Below, piece by piece: positions 38,148 to 51,723 of a stretch of 64,000 nt of DNA. The notes beneath the pieces were generated by a model. That model was not told the DNA's origin and did not search any database. It saw only the letters and a program-made list of their open reading frames with translations. Each line of letters starts with the position of its first letter. Position 1 is the first letter of the stretch. The stretch covers positions 54,994,001 to 55,058,000 of the forward strand of contig NC_086383.1 in the NCBI RefSeq assembly GCF_036588685.1, read 5' to 3'. Both the position numbers and the translations under genes were made by a program. This stretch comes from Mytilus trossulus (lineage: Eukaryota).

Positions 38148-38639
38148 TACCCCCCCCCCCTTTCTTAACTTAATTTGGGAAAAATTGATTGACCAATAAG
38201 GATATATATAAAACCGATGTCAATTAAACAAAACTTGCAGCAATTTTGACACTCACCCCAACAAATATTTGAATCAAGTTTTTTACCCTTCATTGATTCT
38301 TTTATGTCGTCCCTTAATATTATTATGACTTTTTAAAAAACACCAAAATATAATAACCGAATGCATTCAAGTCTAACTTTGCCCAAAGGAGTTGAAACCA
38401 TCGTTCTTTCTTAATTTAAAAAAAAATCAGACATTTCAAGAAAGGTATCCCTTTTTATTCATATAATTTGGGTTACGCTATCTCCAGCACGTGTTCGTAC
38501 ACTAACTAAGTCACTTATGATAAATATATTATAACTATATACTTGTACGAATATAATTTACTGCTTTATCATATGAAGTACTTTCACCTGCAATGTTCCC
38601 AATCATATCCATGTATAATAAATTTTACAGCACTTGTAA

Positions 38640-38857
38640 GAGTGTCCGGATTGGGGTTTTACTAACTTCATTTCTGTATAATTTATTTTTACATTTTAGG
38701 CCATTTTTCTTCTATTTTTCTATTTATGCCCATTATGTCCTATTATTTTTATTTAAGCACATCATCATTTTCTTCTCTTCATTTATTTGGTCCATTTTTC
38801 TCTATTTTTAAAATTGTCCCCATTATTCTCTTTTTCGTAATCCCTATCCACACCCTC
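38640..38857. mobile_element. MITE with GAG termini and 6-bp TSD, 50 bp upstream of the ENDOU ATG
   Basis: ttgtaa|gagtgtccggattgggg...ccctatccacaccctc|ttgtaa. Confidence 0.65.
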
Positions 38858-38907
38858 TTGTAAAAGTCAAGACCTGGTTATTATTCTTGTGTTATTTTAC
38901 ATTTGTC

Positions 38908-41900
38908 ATGATGCTGTACACGACTACATTCCTTCTCCTGTCTGTCATCGGACTAATTAGTACAGGTAAGTTAATAAGTATTATTTTGATTTTCTTTTCT
39001 ATGTTTTTAACTAAAACGTTACTTTTGTTCACGAAATAGTTTGAAAATTCAGAATTTACACCGCGTTTTGACTCATCATCGCACTAATTATAAAAATCTT
39101 GGTTGTGCGTCCGTACTTTTATATTTCAATATTGTTTGATAGATAAGTTATGTCCCTTTGCTTTTCAGAGCTTGTTCACTGCAAGATAACTTGGTTAGAT
39201 AATTGTCACACAATATTATGAATATTATCAGATTATTACATGGCATTTTTCATATCGCATGTATTATCAGCCCTAGGTTTAATATCAGCCCAAGAGCCGC
39301 ATGGTTCGAGGGCTGATATTGACCGAGGGCTGATAATACATGCGATATGAAAAGTGACATATTAAAATGATCTTTTTATCATATGCTTCAACAGTAAAGA
39401 AATATAACAGATTAATGTATTGATCCTTTTTCGTTGTTCCCGAAGTTTAAAGAGTAAAAACGTTCACGGACGTCGATGTGATACATTCTATATATATTTT
39501 TTCTATCATATGCCTCAAAAGAGAGAAAAACAAACAACAGTTTAATATAAACGAATCGACGAAAAAAATAATTCAACAATATACATAATTATGAACATTG
39601 TTCGGAAAAGTCAATGTTTTTAAAGAAACTTTCTAAATTATGTTTCAGAAAAAATACAAAAATACATTTATTTAATAATTTGTTTGTTTTTTATTTGTTT
39701 TTTTTATTATTTTACACGATATACTTTCCATTATAATGGTTTTGTACACTACTGTGTAATGTTTTTCACTGAAAACGTAGCATTGACGTGTATTTTCCGG
39801 AATTGGCCGAGTATCACCGGAATGCCATGTGATAACGTTACGGAAAGGCATGTTATAACAATCGAAGCATGTGACAAACTTTTCATATCAGCCCGCTAAG
39901 CTCCAATTCGAAAAATATGAAATTTATGTCAATTTAATGCTATTTTCATACGGTAAAATTTATATGTTATCTAGTTTAAGTATATGATAAATGTATTTAT
40001 CGCTATTTTGTGCATTTTTCCTTTGATCTTTTTTTGTGATAATTTTCATATCATGCTTCTCGCTTGAGATGGAAAAATTATTGCTAGAAACTAAAGAGGC
40101 CACGTGGCGTTGCTAACGAAACATTGAAATTGACAACGTCGTCACATGTAGGTAAAATAGCGATAAACAGATTATCATTGGTCATCTCAACTCGATTGCT
40201 TTTCTCACTTTCACTGTACCAGCTCAAGCGAGAAAATCAATCTCGGTGAGATAATCAACGATAATCTATAAGTATATGTTCTGACTTCAGAACATGAACA
40301 ACAATCGAACTGTCATATATAGAAACGGACAGAAAAGATATTAAATATTGACGGTTTATTTTATTTTATTACCATCTTCTAGCCAAGAGAAACAGCGAAA
40401 ATGCATCTTTACAGAAACAGACATTGCATAAGCTCGAATTCGATATTGAAGTACGATGCTAGGAGATATTTCCGAGGATACAACTAAAACTATTATAAAT
40501 CAAACAAGTTGCCAGTCTGTTGTTTGTGTAGTGGCGTAGGATACAATCTATTCAATGTTAAATCGATTTTTAATCAGATATTCAACTTAAATAGTATTTT
40601 GAAACTCGTTATATATTGTATATTACATCATAAGAAAGTGCAAGTAAAATCAGTAGTAAGTTAAAAGTGTAATATGTATTGATATGTGCATGCTTCTTTA
40701 TTCTACATTGGCTAGAGTATAGGGGGAGTGTTAAGATATAACACAACATGTTCAACACCGCCACATTTTTGTCTAAAGTCAGGAGCTTCTGGCCTTTGAT
40801 AGTCTTATATGCTTTTTTTTTTTTATTTTAGTTCATTTTTGTTTTGAAGTTTAAAAGTTCGACGTCCATTTTCACTGAACTACATGCAGTACAAAATTTT
40901 ATTAAGGGACCAGCTGATGATCATCTCCGTGTGCGGGAGTTTCTCGCTGCGTTGAAGACCTATTGGTGGCCTTCAGCTGCTATCTGCTCTTTTGTCAGGT
41001 TGTTGTCTCTTTGACATATTTCCCATTTCCATTGTCAATTTTATATTTTTGTCAGCAATCGTTAGTAGAGATGATTATCTCAAAATATCATATAAAAATA
41101 AGGAGATGTGGTATATTTTGCAAAATATACACACAAGTTCAAATGAAATAGATGTAAGTAATTAAAGGCAACCATTTGGACCTCAACAATGAGAGAGAAA
41201 AAAACAATACCGGTAGTCGGCCATACAAAAATCGACGTGAAAAAGATGAACTATTCAATTGACAAAACTAACGGTCTAATTTATAACAAAACAATTTACG
41301 AAAATCAAATTTGACAGACATAAACCAACGATAATCGCTGAACTACATACCGGCTTCTGAATTGAGACAGGCTCATATGGAATGTGGTTGGGTTAAACAT
41401 TCGAGTGAGTGCCCCCCTCTTTAACCTAGGACAACTGTAAAAAAAACTACTAGTATAGAAATAAGTTTAAAAACGCTTAACCCATCAGATTGATGCGATT
41501 TTAAGAAGAAAACATACAAAACACAGACCGGACGTGGCTTAATTCCTTTGTTCTCTAAAGATTTAATCAAACTTATTCTGGTAAAACAAATTGTTTGTTA
41601 AATCGTAATGATTTCTATTTTGTTTTTTTTTGTTTGGTATTTATTTTTAACATGTTTTAAGGACAGAAGATACCAAAGGAAATTCATAAGTAAAAAAAAA
41701 CACAAACTGCAAAAACGAAAATGGACCAAGCCAACATCACAAACAGTTACATAAAAAATGAAGACTGAGCAACACGAACCCCCTTAAACTGGGGATAATC
41801 TCAAGAAAGCGTTACGAGATACTATGCTATGGTTTTCATGGGCCTAGTATTTTTATTTATTTCATACCTGCCAACTGTCACTATTTGCGGGCGATTTCCC

Positions 41901-44900
41901 ATATGGATGACTCAAATGGAAATTTTAAAAGAGAAATGCTGTCCACAGTTTTAAACAAGACAATTAATTTTCAATTGCAATATGCTTGTAAAAGTATGAA
42001 GAAGCAAACATACAACATTAAACTATATTTGAAGGCCCCCTTGAAGATTTTGTAGGACTTAAAGAGCCATTTGCACGTAAAACCCCCATGGACATTTTGA
42101 AAAGTTGGCAAGTATGTTATATATTTACTTTTATTTCAGAGTCTTGTGTCGGTAGGTGTGGGTTACCGCCAGATTCTAACCACCAATGTCAGTGTAACAC
42201 GGCTTGTAAAACGTACACCTACTGTATATTTACTTCTATTTCAGAGTCTTGTGTTGGGAGGTGTGGGTTACCGCCAGATTCTAACCACCAATATCAGTGT
42301 AACACGGCTTGTAAAACGTACAATATATAAAAAAGAAGATGTGGTATGATTGCCAATGAGACAACTATCCACAAAAGACCAAAATGACACAAACATTAAC
42401 AATTATAGGTCACCGTACGGCCTCAAACAATGAGCAAAGCCCATACCGCATATTAAAAGGCCCTGATAAGACAATGTAAAACAATTCAAGCGAGAAAACT
42501 AACGGCCTTTTTTATGTAAAATAATGAACGAAAAACACATATGTAACACATAAACAAACGACAACCACTGAATTACAGGCTCCTGACTTGGGACAGGCAC
42601 ATACATAAATAATGTGGCGGGGTTAAACATGTTAGCGGGATCCCAACCCTCCCCCTAACCTGGGACAGTGGTATTACAGTACAACATAAGAACGAACTAT
42701 ACAAATCAGTTGAAAAAGGCTTAACTCATCAGATAGACAAAAAAAAAGTGGACGTGGCCGGGAACTTATACATCCCGACACAAAAGGACACAATGAACAG
42801 ATCTGAGAGTACTCGCAGTTATCTGACAGCTAGTTCAAAGCCATGAACAACTAATAAAAAAAATAGCATGACTGTATATTTACTTCTATTTCAGAGTCTT
42901 GTGTCGGGAGGTGTGGGTTACCGCCAGATTCTAACCACCAATGTCAGTGTAACACGGCTTGTAAAACGTACAATGACTGTATATATGTACTTCTATTTCA
43001 GAGTCTTGTGTCGGGAGGTGTGGGTTACCGCCAGATTCTAACCACCAATGTCAGTGTAACACGGCTTGTAAAAAGTACAATGACTGTATATATGTACTTC
43101 TATTTCAGAGTCTTGTGTCGGGAGGTGTGGGTTACCGCCAGATTCTAACCACCAATGTCAGTGTAACACGGCTTGTAAAAAGTACAATGACTGTATATAT
43201 GTACTTCTATTTCAGAGTCTTGTGTCGGGAGGTGTGGGTTACCGCCAGATTCTAACCACCAATGTCAGTGTAACACAGCCTGTAAAACGTACAATGACTG
43301 TTGTGATGATTATGATGCATTCTGTTTAGGAGGTTTGTTTATCTTAATTGGCTGGTCCCAACCGTTGTATGAAAACTATCGGTAAACCTCGGTAGATTCC
43401 GCTACCCTACGTTAGGTGTGCCGGCATGTACCAAATTTAATGTATACGACCCACAATTATGAAAATGCATTTCTTGAATACACTAACCAGTGTGTTGTCA
43501 AAAGAAGGTTCAAGTTTAAAAAAAATTGTATTTAGTACCTTAATATACTTAAAACAGTTCAAAACAAAGGATTTTTTAGTACACTGTTATTTATTTTCAT
43601 ATATTTTTAAAATGGTGTAAACAAAATATATGAGGGTTTTTTTTTAAAGCTTGATTGTCATAAGTTAACACACGAATACGGGTTTGGATGGGGATTATAG
43701 TGTCTATATTGGTATACCATTGTTATCTTTTAATTACATGTTTTTGCATGCTATTCTATATTAAGAATAAATATAAAATTCGATTATTCTTTATGTTTTG
43801 GTATATTTTTTCTTTATCTTATGTTCCCTTATTTAGTATTGTATACCCATTATTCTATAGTCTTTGTAATTCTATAACACTTAACCATATTGAATGTAAA
43901 CAATGTTTTGTAGCTACATGTTCCGGACGATGTAATGCTCTAGTTGACAGTTCCAAACCTTGTCAATGTAACACAGCTTGTATTTCTTACAATGATTGCT
44001 GTCCTGATTACCAATCAATGTGTAATGGTAAGTAGATAGTTGTCCCATTCATACGATCAGTATAGATAGTTGTCCCATTACAATCAGTATAGATAGTTGT
44101 CCCATGACGATCAGTATAGATAGTTGTCCCATTTCGACCAGTATAGATAGTTGTCCCATTACGGTCAGTATCGATAGTTGTCTTATTACGATCAGTATAT
44201 AGATAGTTGTCCCATTACGATCAGTATAGATAGTTGTCCCATTACAATCATAAGACAGTTGTCCCATTATGATCAGTATAGATAGTTGTCCCATTACGAT
44301 AAGTATAGATAGTTGTCCCATTACAATCAGTATAGATAGTTGTCCAATTACGATCAGTATAGATATATAGTTGTCCCATTACGATAAGTATAGACAGTTG
44401 CCCCATAACAATCATAAGATAGTTGTCCCATTACGATCAGTATAGATAGTTGTCCCATTACGATCATTTAAGATAGTTGTCCCATTACGATCAGTATAGA
44501 TAGTTGTCCAATTACGATCAGTATATATAGTTGTCCAATTACGATCAGTATATATAGTTGTCCAATTACGATCAATATAGATAGTTGTCCAATGACGATC
44601 AGTATAGATAGTTGTCCAATTACGATCAATATATATAGTTGTCCAATTACGATCAGTATAGATAGTTGTCCAATTACGATCAGTATAGATAGTTGTCCCA
44701 TTACGATCAGTATAGATAGTTGTCCAATTACGATCAGTATATATAGTTGTTCAATTACGATCAGTATAGATAGTTATTCTTTTGGTAATCATACTACATC
44801 TCCCTGTAATACTATGTTAATAGTTGTCTAATTGACAATTAGTAGAATGATCGATACTAGATAGTTGTCCCATTGACAATCAGTAGATAGTTGTCCCATT

Positions 44901-47900
44901 GACAATCAGTAGATAGTTGTCCCATTGGCAATCAGTAGATAGTTGTCCCATTGGCAATCAGTAGATAGTTGTCCCATTAGCAATCAGTAGATTGTTGTCA
45001 TATTAGCAATCAGTAGATAGTTGTCCCATTTGCAATCAGTAGATAGTTGTCCCATTGGCAATCAGTAGATAGTTGTCCCATTGGCAATCAGTAGATAGTT
45101 GTCCCATTAGCAATCAGTAGATTGTTGTCCTATTGGCAATCAGTAGATAGTTGTCGCGTTGGCTATCATACAATATCTCTTTGTCTTAGCAAGTGAATTG
45201 TTGTCTCAATGGCAATATTACCACATCTCTTTGTTATGTTCAGTGAATGTTGTCTCATTGACATTGGCCCTGTGTTTTCATTGCTACTGGAAGCGGAGAT
45301 TCCACCCCAGGATCTGATATGGGTTACCTGTAATTAATTACAGAATGTGGTGATAAGAGTTGTCTACTTGTACATTTGCTTTTATTGTAACAAGAGAGGC
45401 AGGTTATATGCCCGAATTTGATATGAATTCCGGGGCGGATCCAGCCATTTAAAAAAGGGGGTCCTAACCCAGAACAAAGGGAAATGGCGGGGGGGGGGTC
45501 CCAACTGCATGTCCCCATTTAAATGCATTGATCGTCCAAAAAAGGGAGGTTCCAACCCCGGACCCCCTTGATCCACCCCTGGAATTGTATCTTTTTATTG
45601 TTACAGGAGGCGGCGGTTCTAACCCAGGATGTGATCTGAGTTGCCTTGCACAACAGCTATGGGACAGCGACGTGAACAAAGTGTCTTTACTGGATATGAT
45701 CCATAACTTCCAAGGGCAAACAACCTCTAGTGGAACTAATGACTTGGCACCAAACAAGTAGGTCATTCAAATATTTAAGCGTATTCATACACCAAGCGCC
45801 TATTTAAAACGGATGTTTCTTTTTGTAGACTAGTTTTATTTTTGTGTGTGTAAAAGCAAATACTGAAAGTGGAGGGAGTGATTCATGATAAGAACGTATG
45901 CTATATCAAATCTTTTCACAATCCTAAAAAAACAAACTCCTTTCAAAAGAGCTTATCTTGACACCTATGTGCATGCAGCCATTTTTTGTTTTCAGAAAAT
46001 TGTATTATCTTAACGAATAATTATAGAGACCAAATGACATAGAAGTTTTACATCTATATTTCATAACACGGCCTTCAACAGTAAGTAAGGCCCACTAACG
46101 CATATTAAGAACTATCATGGATCGGATGAATGTACATAGCTGAGAGGGTGATAGAGCAGATTGTTACCCCGAGAAAACATTGTCACCCGCTCAGCCATGT
46201 GATAGAGTTAATTAGCACCCTCGTATTAGCCAATCAAATTATGGCATTTTAACGTAATTCAGAAGTATAATAAAACAATTGTGCAACAAAAAACAACCAC
46301 TAATTAGCATTTTACAATAATATAACACAACTTACATTTGGCGAAGCATTCCATATTTGATATCCATTTTCAGATTATTCACTTACATCAATGAGAACCA
46401 TTTCAACTCAAAACCAACTTTCCAGAAATTCATAGCTTTATTAGATAACTATAATAGAAATATAGGACAGACAGAAGAGCTGACGACAGCAGAATGGGCT
46501 GAGATTGAAGATTTCCTGACTACCGTTCTCCAGACACAAGTCATGAAGCTGACCTATGATTATCTACTGAACAATGGTTAGTGTGTTTGATAGTTTGTTT
46601 GTTTGTTCGTTTGTTTTTTTGTTTATTCGCCTCCATGGATGGTATAGCATATTGCGCTGAAAGTGGCATGGAAAACAAAATATCAAACAAACACACGAAA
46701 TAACGAAATTGATTGTTCCATTCCCTGCAACTCTTTAAACACAATTTAAATAGATGGTCACTTTGTAAATGATACAAATGGAAGTGGTGTACTAATTCAT
46801 GATGCAAAATAACTCGCACCAATAACAAAAAATGAAATTAAAACAAATTTCATATATTCAGGGGCAGTTCCAGTCATTTTTAAAAAGGAGGTTTCCTAAC
46901 CCAGGATGAAAGGGGGGTCCAACCTAATGTCCTTATTCAAATGCATTGATCGTCACAAAAAGGAGGCTTCCAATCCCCGTAATGCCCTGGATCCGCCACT
47001 GTATAAAGGTCCATTATATGTGATTCCTTACAGAAAGAGTCTTCCTGATTTGATTATTTAAGACAGCACATAAAACTATATTTGTGTTTGTTCCAGGACA
47101 TGTGACCGGAGAAGCTGACTTTAAAGATGTCTTAAAAGAGTTATGGTTTAACCTTTATCCAAGGTCAAGCAGCAGCGGCACTGCAGTAGACAGCAGCGGA
47201 TTCGAGCACGCTATGGTCGGAGAAACAAGAGGAACTGTTTCCGGATTTCACAGTTGGATCCAGTTTTATTTAGAGGAGAAAAAGGGCAACCTCGACTACC
47301 AAGGATGGGTTTCAAAGGCTGATGTAAGTAAAATAAAAGATAACTTTCAATTTCGAACTAATTGTTTCTTGTTAAGCGTTAAGAATTAATTTGTTAATGC
47401 ACTCATGAATATATTTGATTTTTATACCAGCATGTGTTGTTTAACTTTTTCGGTGTTTTTTTTTACATCTATCCTACGGATGATTGTCATTGAATGAATG
47501 AATATTATTATACTATATTTTACGCCGAATCTAATGAGTTTTAAGCATTTTTTAAACAGTTAGGAAAAAATACTGAAATTTGCCGTTATGAATTTTACCA
47601 TCCCTTTTCTTTGCTTTCTTGCAATACCAAGCTTACTGTTTGTGTCATATATATTGGCATATGTATGTAATCAGAATCTTTCATAGATTTTATTTCCAGT
47701 ATATAAAATGGTAAAATATAATTTCTTTTTGCTGCATCCATGGCAACAATCTGCATTTATTTGTTATAAAATATTGAAAAAAGGGGGGAAAAGATGTCAC
47801 ATATTTCCCCAAAATTTGGCTAAAAGTAGAATTTCAATCGCCTGAAGTAATACCTTTTCTGAAACTGTGTACATGTATCATTCAGCAAATCCAATGGAAA

Positions 47901-48778
47901 TCATATGTCTTTCGTCTCATTTTTTTGTAAAATTGCGTCAAAAACTTCGTGTAGAAAAAGAGTGTTAAACAGTACATTAATTTCTGGACCGATTGCTGGT
48001 CTAGCTATATAAAATACGGACTGTCAAACAGAAAACAGCCCATAAAACATGTAAAAAATAATCTTGATGCTCTTATAAACCATCTTTGAAGGCTAAATTA
48101 GCACTCATCTGTCTAAAAAGGAATTTTATTACACAATAACTTTCCTATTTGAAAAATCCAGGGGCCATAATGCGAAACTAAACTCCTAACTGTGTACTGC
48201 TACCATAAACAATCATAGAAAATTGACCAATGACGTTACGTTATTTTCATCTTGGTTACCAAGGTAACAAACTATGAATAAAAACACTACATGTTCATTT
48301 TAGATTCTGACACTATGATGTACTATGCAATCAACAGTAATACTCATGATTGCATTTCATCATTTCATGAATTCTTAAATTACATATTTATATTACACTA
48401 ATGCTTATGGGATATTTCTAGAAATCTTGATTTCTTTCATAAAGGGGAATAATACGCTAGCCTTTTTGGGGTTAAAAAATGGGAACTGAGATAAAAAAAA
48501 CCGTGTCAATCGTCCCATCTAACAAATTCTATTCTTTTATATTTCAGCCAGAAATCATGGGTGCAAAGTTCACATGGTATGGCCAGATGAAGACAAAAGG
48601 TTCATTCTTCATGCGAGTAAGCCCTGAATTTGACCTTGCCCTATATTCTGTGTGTGCCCTTACAAAACCCAACGCTATCTGTTCTTTCACAATGGCTGGA
48701 CACAACATCAGGATACAGACATGGGATGTCGCCCATAAATCTGGTTCCCAAATAGGATCAGCTTATCCGGCTATCTAA
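38908..48778 (+). CDS. ENDOU: Poly(U)-specific endoribonuclease (EndoU/PP11 family) with signal peptide and two somatomedin-B domains, about 366 aa
   Basis: Exons 38908-38965, 43216-43332, 43914-44027, 45607-45757, 46374-46576, 47097-47323 and 48548-48778 join in frame (1101 nt). SMB motif C..RC...CQC...C....CC.DY...C occurs twice; EndoU motifs LWDSDVN, SSGFEHAMVGE, GFHSW, KTKGS..SPEFDLALYS and SAYP are present. AATAAA at 48803. Confidence 0.93.
39238..39362. mobile_element. Hairpin of a non-autonomous element in ENDOU intron 1
   Basis: ttttcatatcgcatgtattatcagccct...agggctgataatacatgcgatatgaaaa inverted repeat. Confidence 0.65.
42118..43300 (+). repeat. 105-107-bp tandem duplication of acceptor + truncated SMB1 exon (6 copies)
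   Basis: tatttcag|agtcttgtg occurs with exon starts at 42140, 42245, 42895, 43002, 43109 and 43216. Only the last copy continues to CCDDY and a donor. Confidence 0.95.
42325..42867. mobile_element. Long copy of the dispersed SINE-like repeat inserted into the second SMB exon copy
   Basis: It interrupts aaaacgtaca/atgactgtata of the tandem unit and begins aaagaagatgtggtatgattgccaatgagacaact. Homologous to 41100-41540 and 49100-49430. Confidence 0.8.
44032..45170. repeat. 27-bp then 26-bp minisatellite (tagatagttgtcccattacgatcagta / tagatagttgtcccattggcaatcag)
   Basis: Tandem units begin directly after the SMB2 donor; the second sub-array spans about 44820-45170. Confidence 0.95.
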
Positions 48779-51723
48779 TATATGTGAAGTCAATACCAAT
48801 TGAATAAAAAAAAATGGCTAACTTATATCTATGGAGTAATTAAGCCCTTAAATGAATAAAAAAAAAAATAGCATTTATAATGTGTTATCTTTAATTGTAG
48901 TTGGTATTTTTTGTAAATACACGAAAACCAAATATTATATCAATCTATTGCATTGCTACACAATTCTAGTATCACAAAATATAATACTTTAATTTGAAGA
49001 AGACATTTCAATCTTAGAATTTGTCAATTTTAAAAATCAATAGCAACATGATTTATTTTAAATAGCTCTCCACTAGTTTGCTTTTTAAATTGTTATATCA
49101 GAACACAGGCTCCTGAATTGGACTGGTAGTACATATAGAAAAAAATGGAGGGGGTGGGTCTAAAGAATGTGGCGGGTTCAATATGTTTGAAGGCGCCAAC
49201 CCTCTCCTCACCTGGGACTGTGGTGTAACAGTCAACAGTAAAGCAGAATACCCTGACAAAAAATAAGTTGAAAAAACTTAATTCATGAATTCGATACAAA
49301 GCAAAAAAAACAGCTAATAGAACTTAAACCGGACGTGGCAGAGTATTTATACATCCATCAAAACACTAGACACAAAGTACAGATTTGAGAGTACTCGCAG
49401 TAACTGATACTTCAAAGCCAATAACAATTTATAGAAAATACATGTAAATTAGACTGAAAGCTTTCTTTGCGAAATGTAAGATATGTTGTTGTTATAAGCT
49501 TAAGATTGCAAATATAATGTTGATGTAAAACTTGTCCGACATCTTGGAAATAATCCCGCTCGGACGAGAAAAAGGGATCGTTTTGAACTTCCATTGCGCG
49601 AGATATTATACTGCATGTGGAAATCTTCACCTTGAGACGAAGAACAGCATTAAAAAGATACACAAAGATGTTCATTCTGGGTTTTTGGTTTGTGTGTGAG
49701 CATGTGTGCAGGTAGTGAAAAGATATCACGAATCGATAACTTCTACTCTTTTCGCTATACAGTTAAAAAGACAAAAAAAAGAAACCGGGAAAATATACTT
49801 GTAGTAGACGTACCGTGGCTTCTTTTACTCATTTTGGTCTCTTGTGGCGAGTTGTCTCTTTGGCAATCATATCATATTTTATTTTTTTATTTGGTAGACA
49901 AGATCGATATTAATAATGTAGGTTGTAATTTGTATATTGAATGAGTGCTTATTTTAAATTTTGAAATGTTTAACGCTATCATACACGTGTGAAGGTATCG
50001 TGCATCAAAGGCACACATTAAAGTTAAATTAACAATCTTATGAAATCATATTCAAATTAGAATTTGATTCTTCAATATGTCTGCGAGATGCAACCCATAT
50101 ATATATATATACGTGATGCATGTATCATTAAAACGTTCCTATTGTGACGTCCATAGCAATGTACCAACTGTGTCCCTTTATTGCGTATGATATTGTTGTT
50201 CCTCTTGGCAACGAGGACAAAGAAGAGAGGTTTACCGAAAGGCGAGCAACATACCAGCTGTGTCCCTTTCATATTGTATTGTCGTTCCACTTGGGAACAA
50301 GAACAAATGAATAGAGGATTACCGATTCCTCTTGGGAAGGAGGACAAAAGAGAAGTGGATTAAAAGTCGGGCGCATTTGCAATACTTCAGTTACTAACGT
50401 ACGTATCATCAATTGTATAGAAATAATAACAGAAGTCAAATGCGTTTTTTTTTACCTTGGTATAGATCAACACACCGCAGGCGCTTGCGGAATAGGACCC
50501 CCTCCCAATATTTTCGATTTTCTAGGGTTTTTTTGGCGAAATATTTTTTGGTAAATATTCTGTAATAATTTTTTTTATTGTTCTCTTACTCTTATCAAGG
50601 ATTTGTATAGTTACAATACAAATCCTTGCTCTTATCCATTTAATTTTATGATTGCAGTAGTTAATATTTTGACCCAATATGATAATAGTGAGATCAAAAT
50701 TAACAAACTGACGGTATTGTTTATCGTATGATTAAGAGCTATAAAACAAAACATTAAAAAGCGAAAATATGACATATTTGAGTATAATCTATACTGATAA
50801 ATGAAAAAAAAATAGAATAAAGAAGTCAGCACGATCATGAACCATCACTATGTAACAACAAATCTTTGAGGGGTCAACTGGTGACATATTGTTAATGTTA
50901 TGTCCCAATCCAAAATACACTTTTTAATATGTTATATTAGTCTGGACCTTACCCTTTTCTCCCTTCATTCACCGAGGAGGACCTTATGTGCAAAACCTTT
51001 ACTTATTCGATAAAAAGTTAATGTGTTCCCGCCATTAGACTTGAAATATTTGCAGCTGGACGTTTGTCGGGGATTATGAATCTTTGTTTATAATTAATAT
51101 AACTAAAGATATTATTGTTGCCTCGTCACGGTACATGTTCCACAAGAAATTACCCTGGGTATTTTTGCTAGAAATAATGTTACCTCAATTTATTTCAATG
51201 TTTAAATTTGGTGTTATAAAACCCGGTAGTTTTGAAGGAAGAAATTCATCCATATTATTAAAAATGTGCGCGTATTTGCTGTAATTTCTTTAATGCATTC
51301 ATTTCTTTATTTCCTCTATTAAGAGAACAAATATAACAAATTAAATTACAATATTTTTTCTTTCTCGATTTTATAGTCTAGTACAAATAAACTCGTATAC
51401 ACTGTTGTTGTCGTTCCGATTTAACCTCTACTATTTTATACCTGTGTGCGTTGCTAAGGGAAATAAGGTAAATAAAAATAACGGTTGACGAACTACGCAT
51501 TTGTGTGTATGGTGCGTAATAATTCTGTTACCGTACCAGTGCTCATTTTCAGTGACGTTTTCCCAAAAGGCTGATGCAGGTAAATAAGCATTTCATATAC
51601 ATATAAACTATGTGTATTAATGTTTATTCCTGGTTAATTGACCATTGTAAACTTTCGTTTTTTCTGACCAAATTGATTTTACTAAAATTTATTAAGACAT
51701 TCTAGTGAAGGTATTACATGTAT

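Noticed and set aside
39169-39193. Possible small ENDOU exon (cag|AGCTTGTTCACTGC...)
   Set aside because: The acceptor is good, but no donor gives the phase 1 needed to join SMB1. Exon 1 splices to SMB1 in frame without it.
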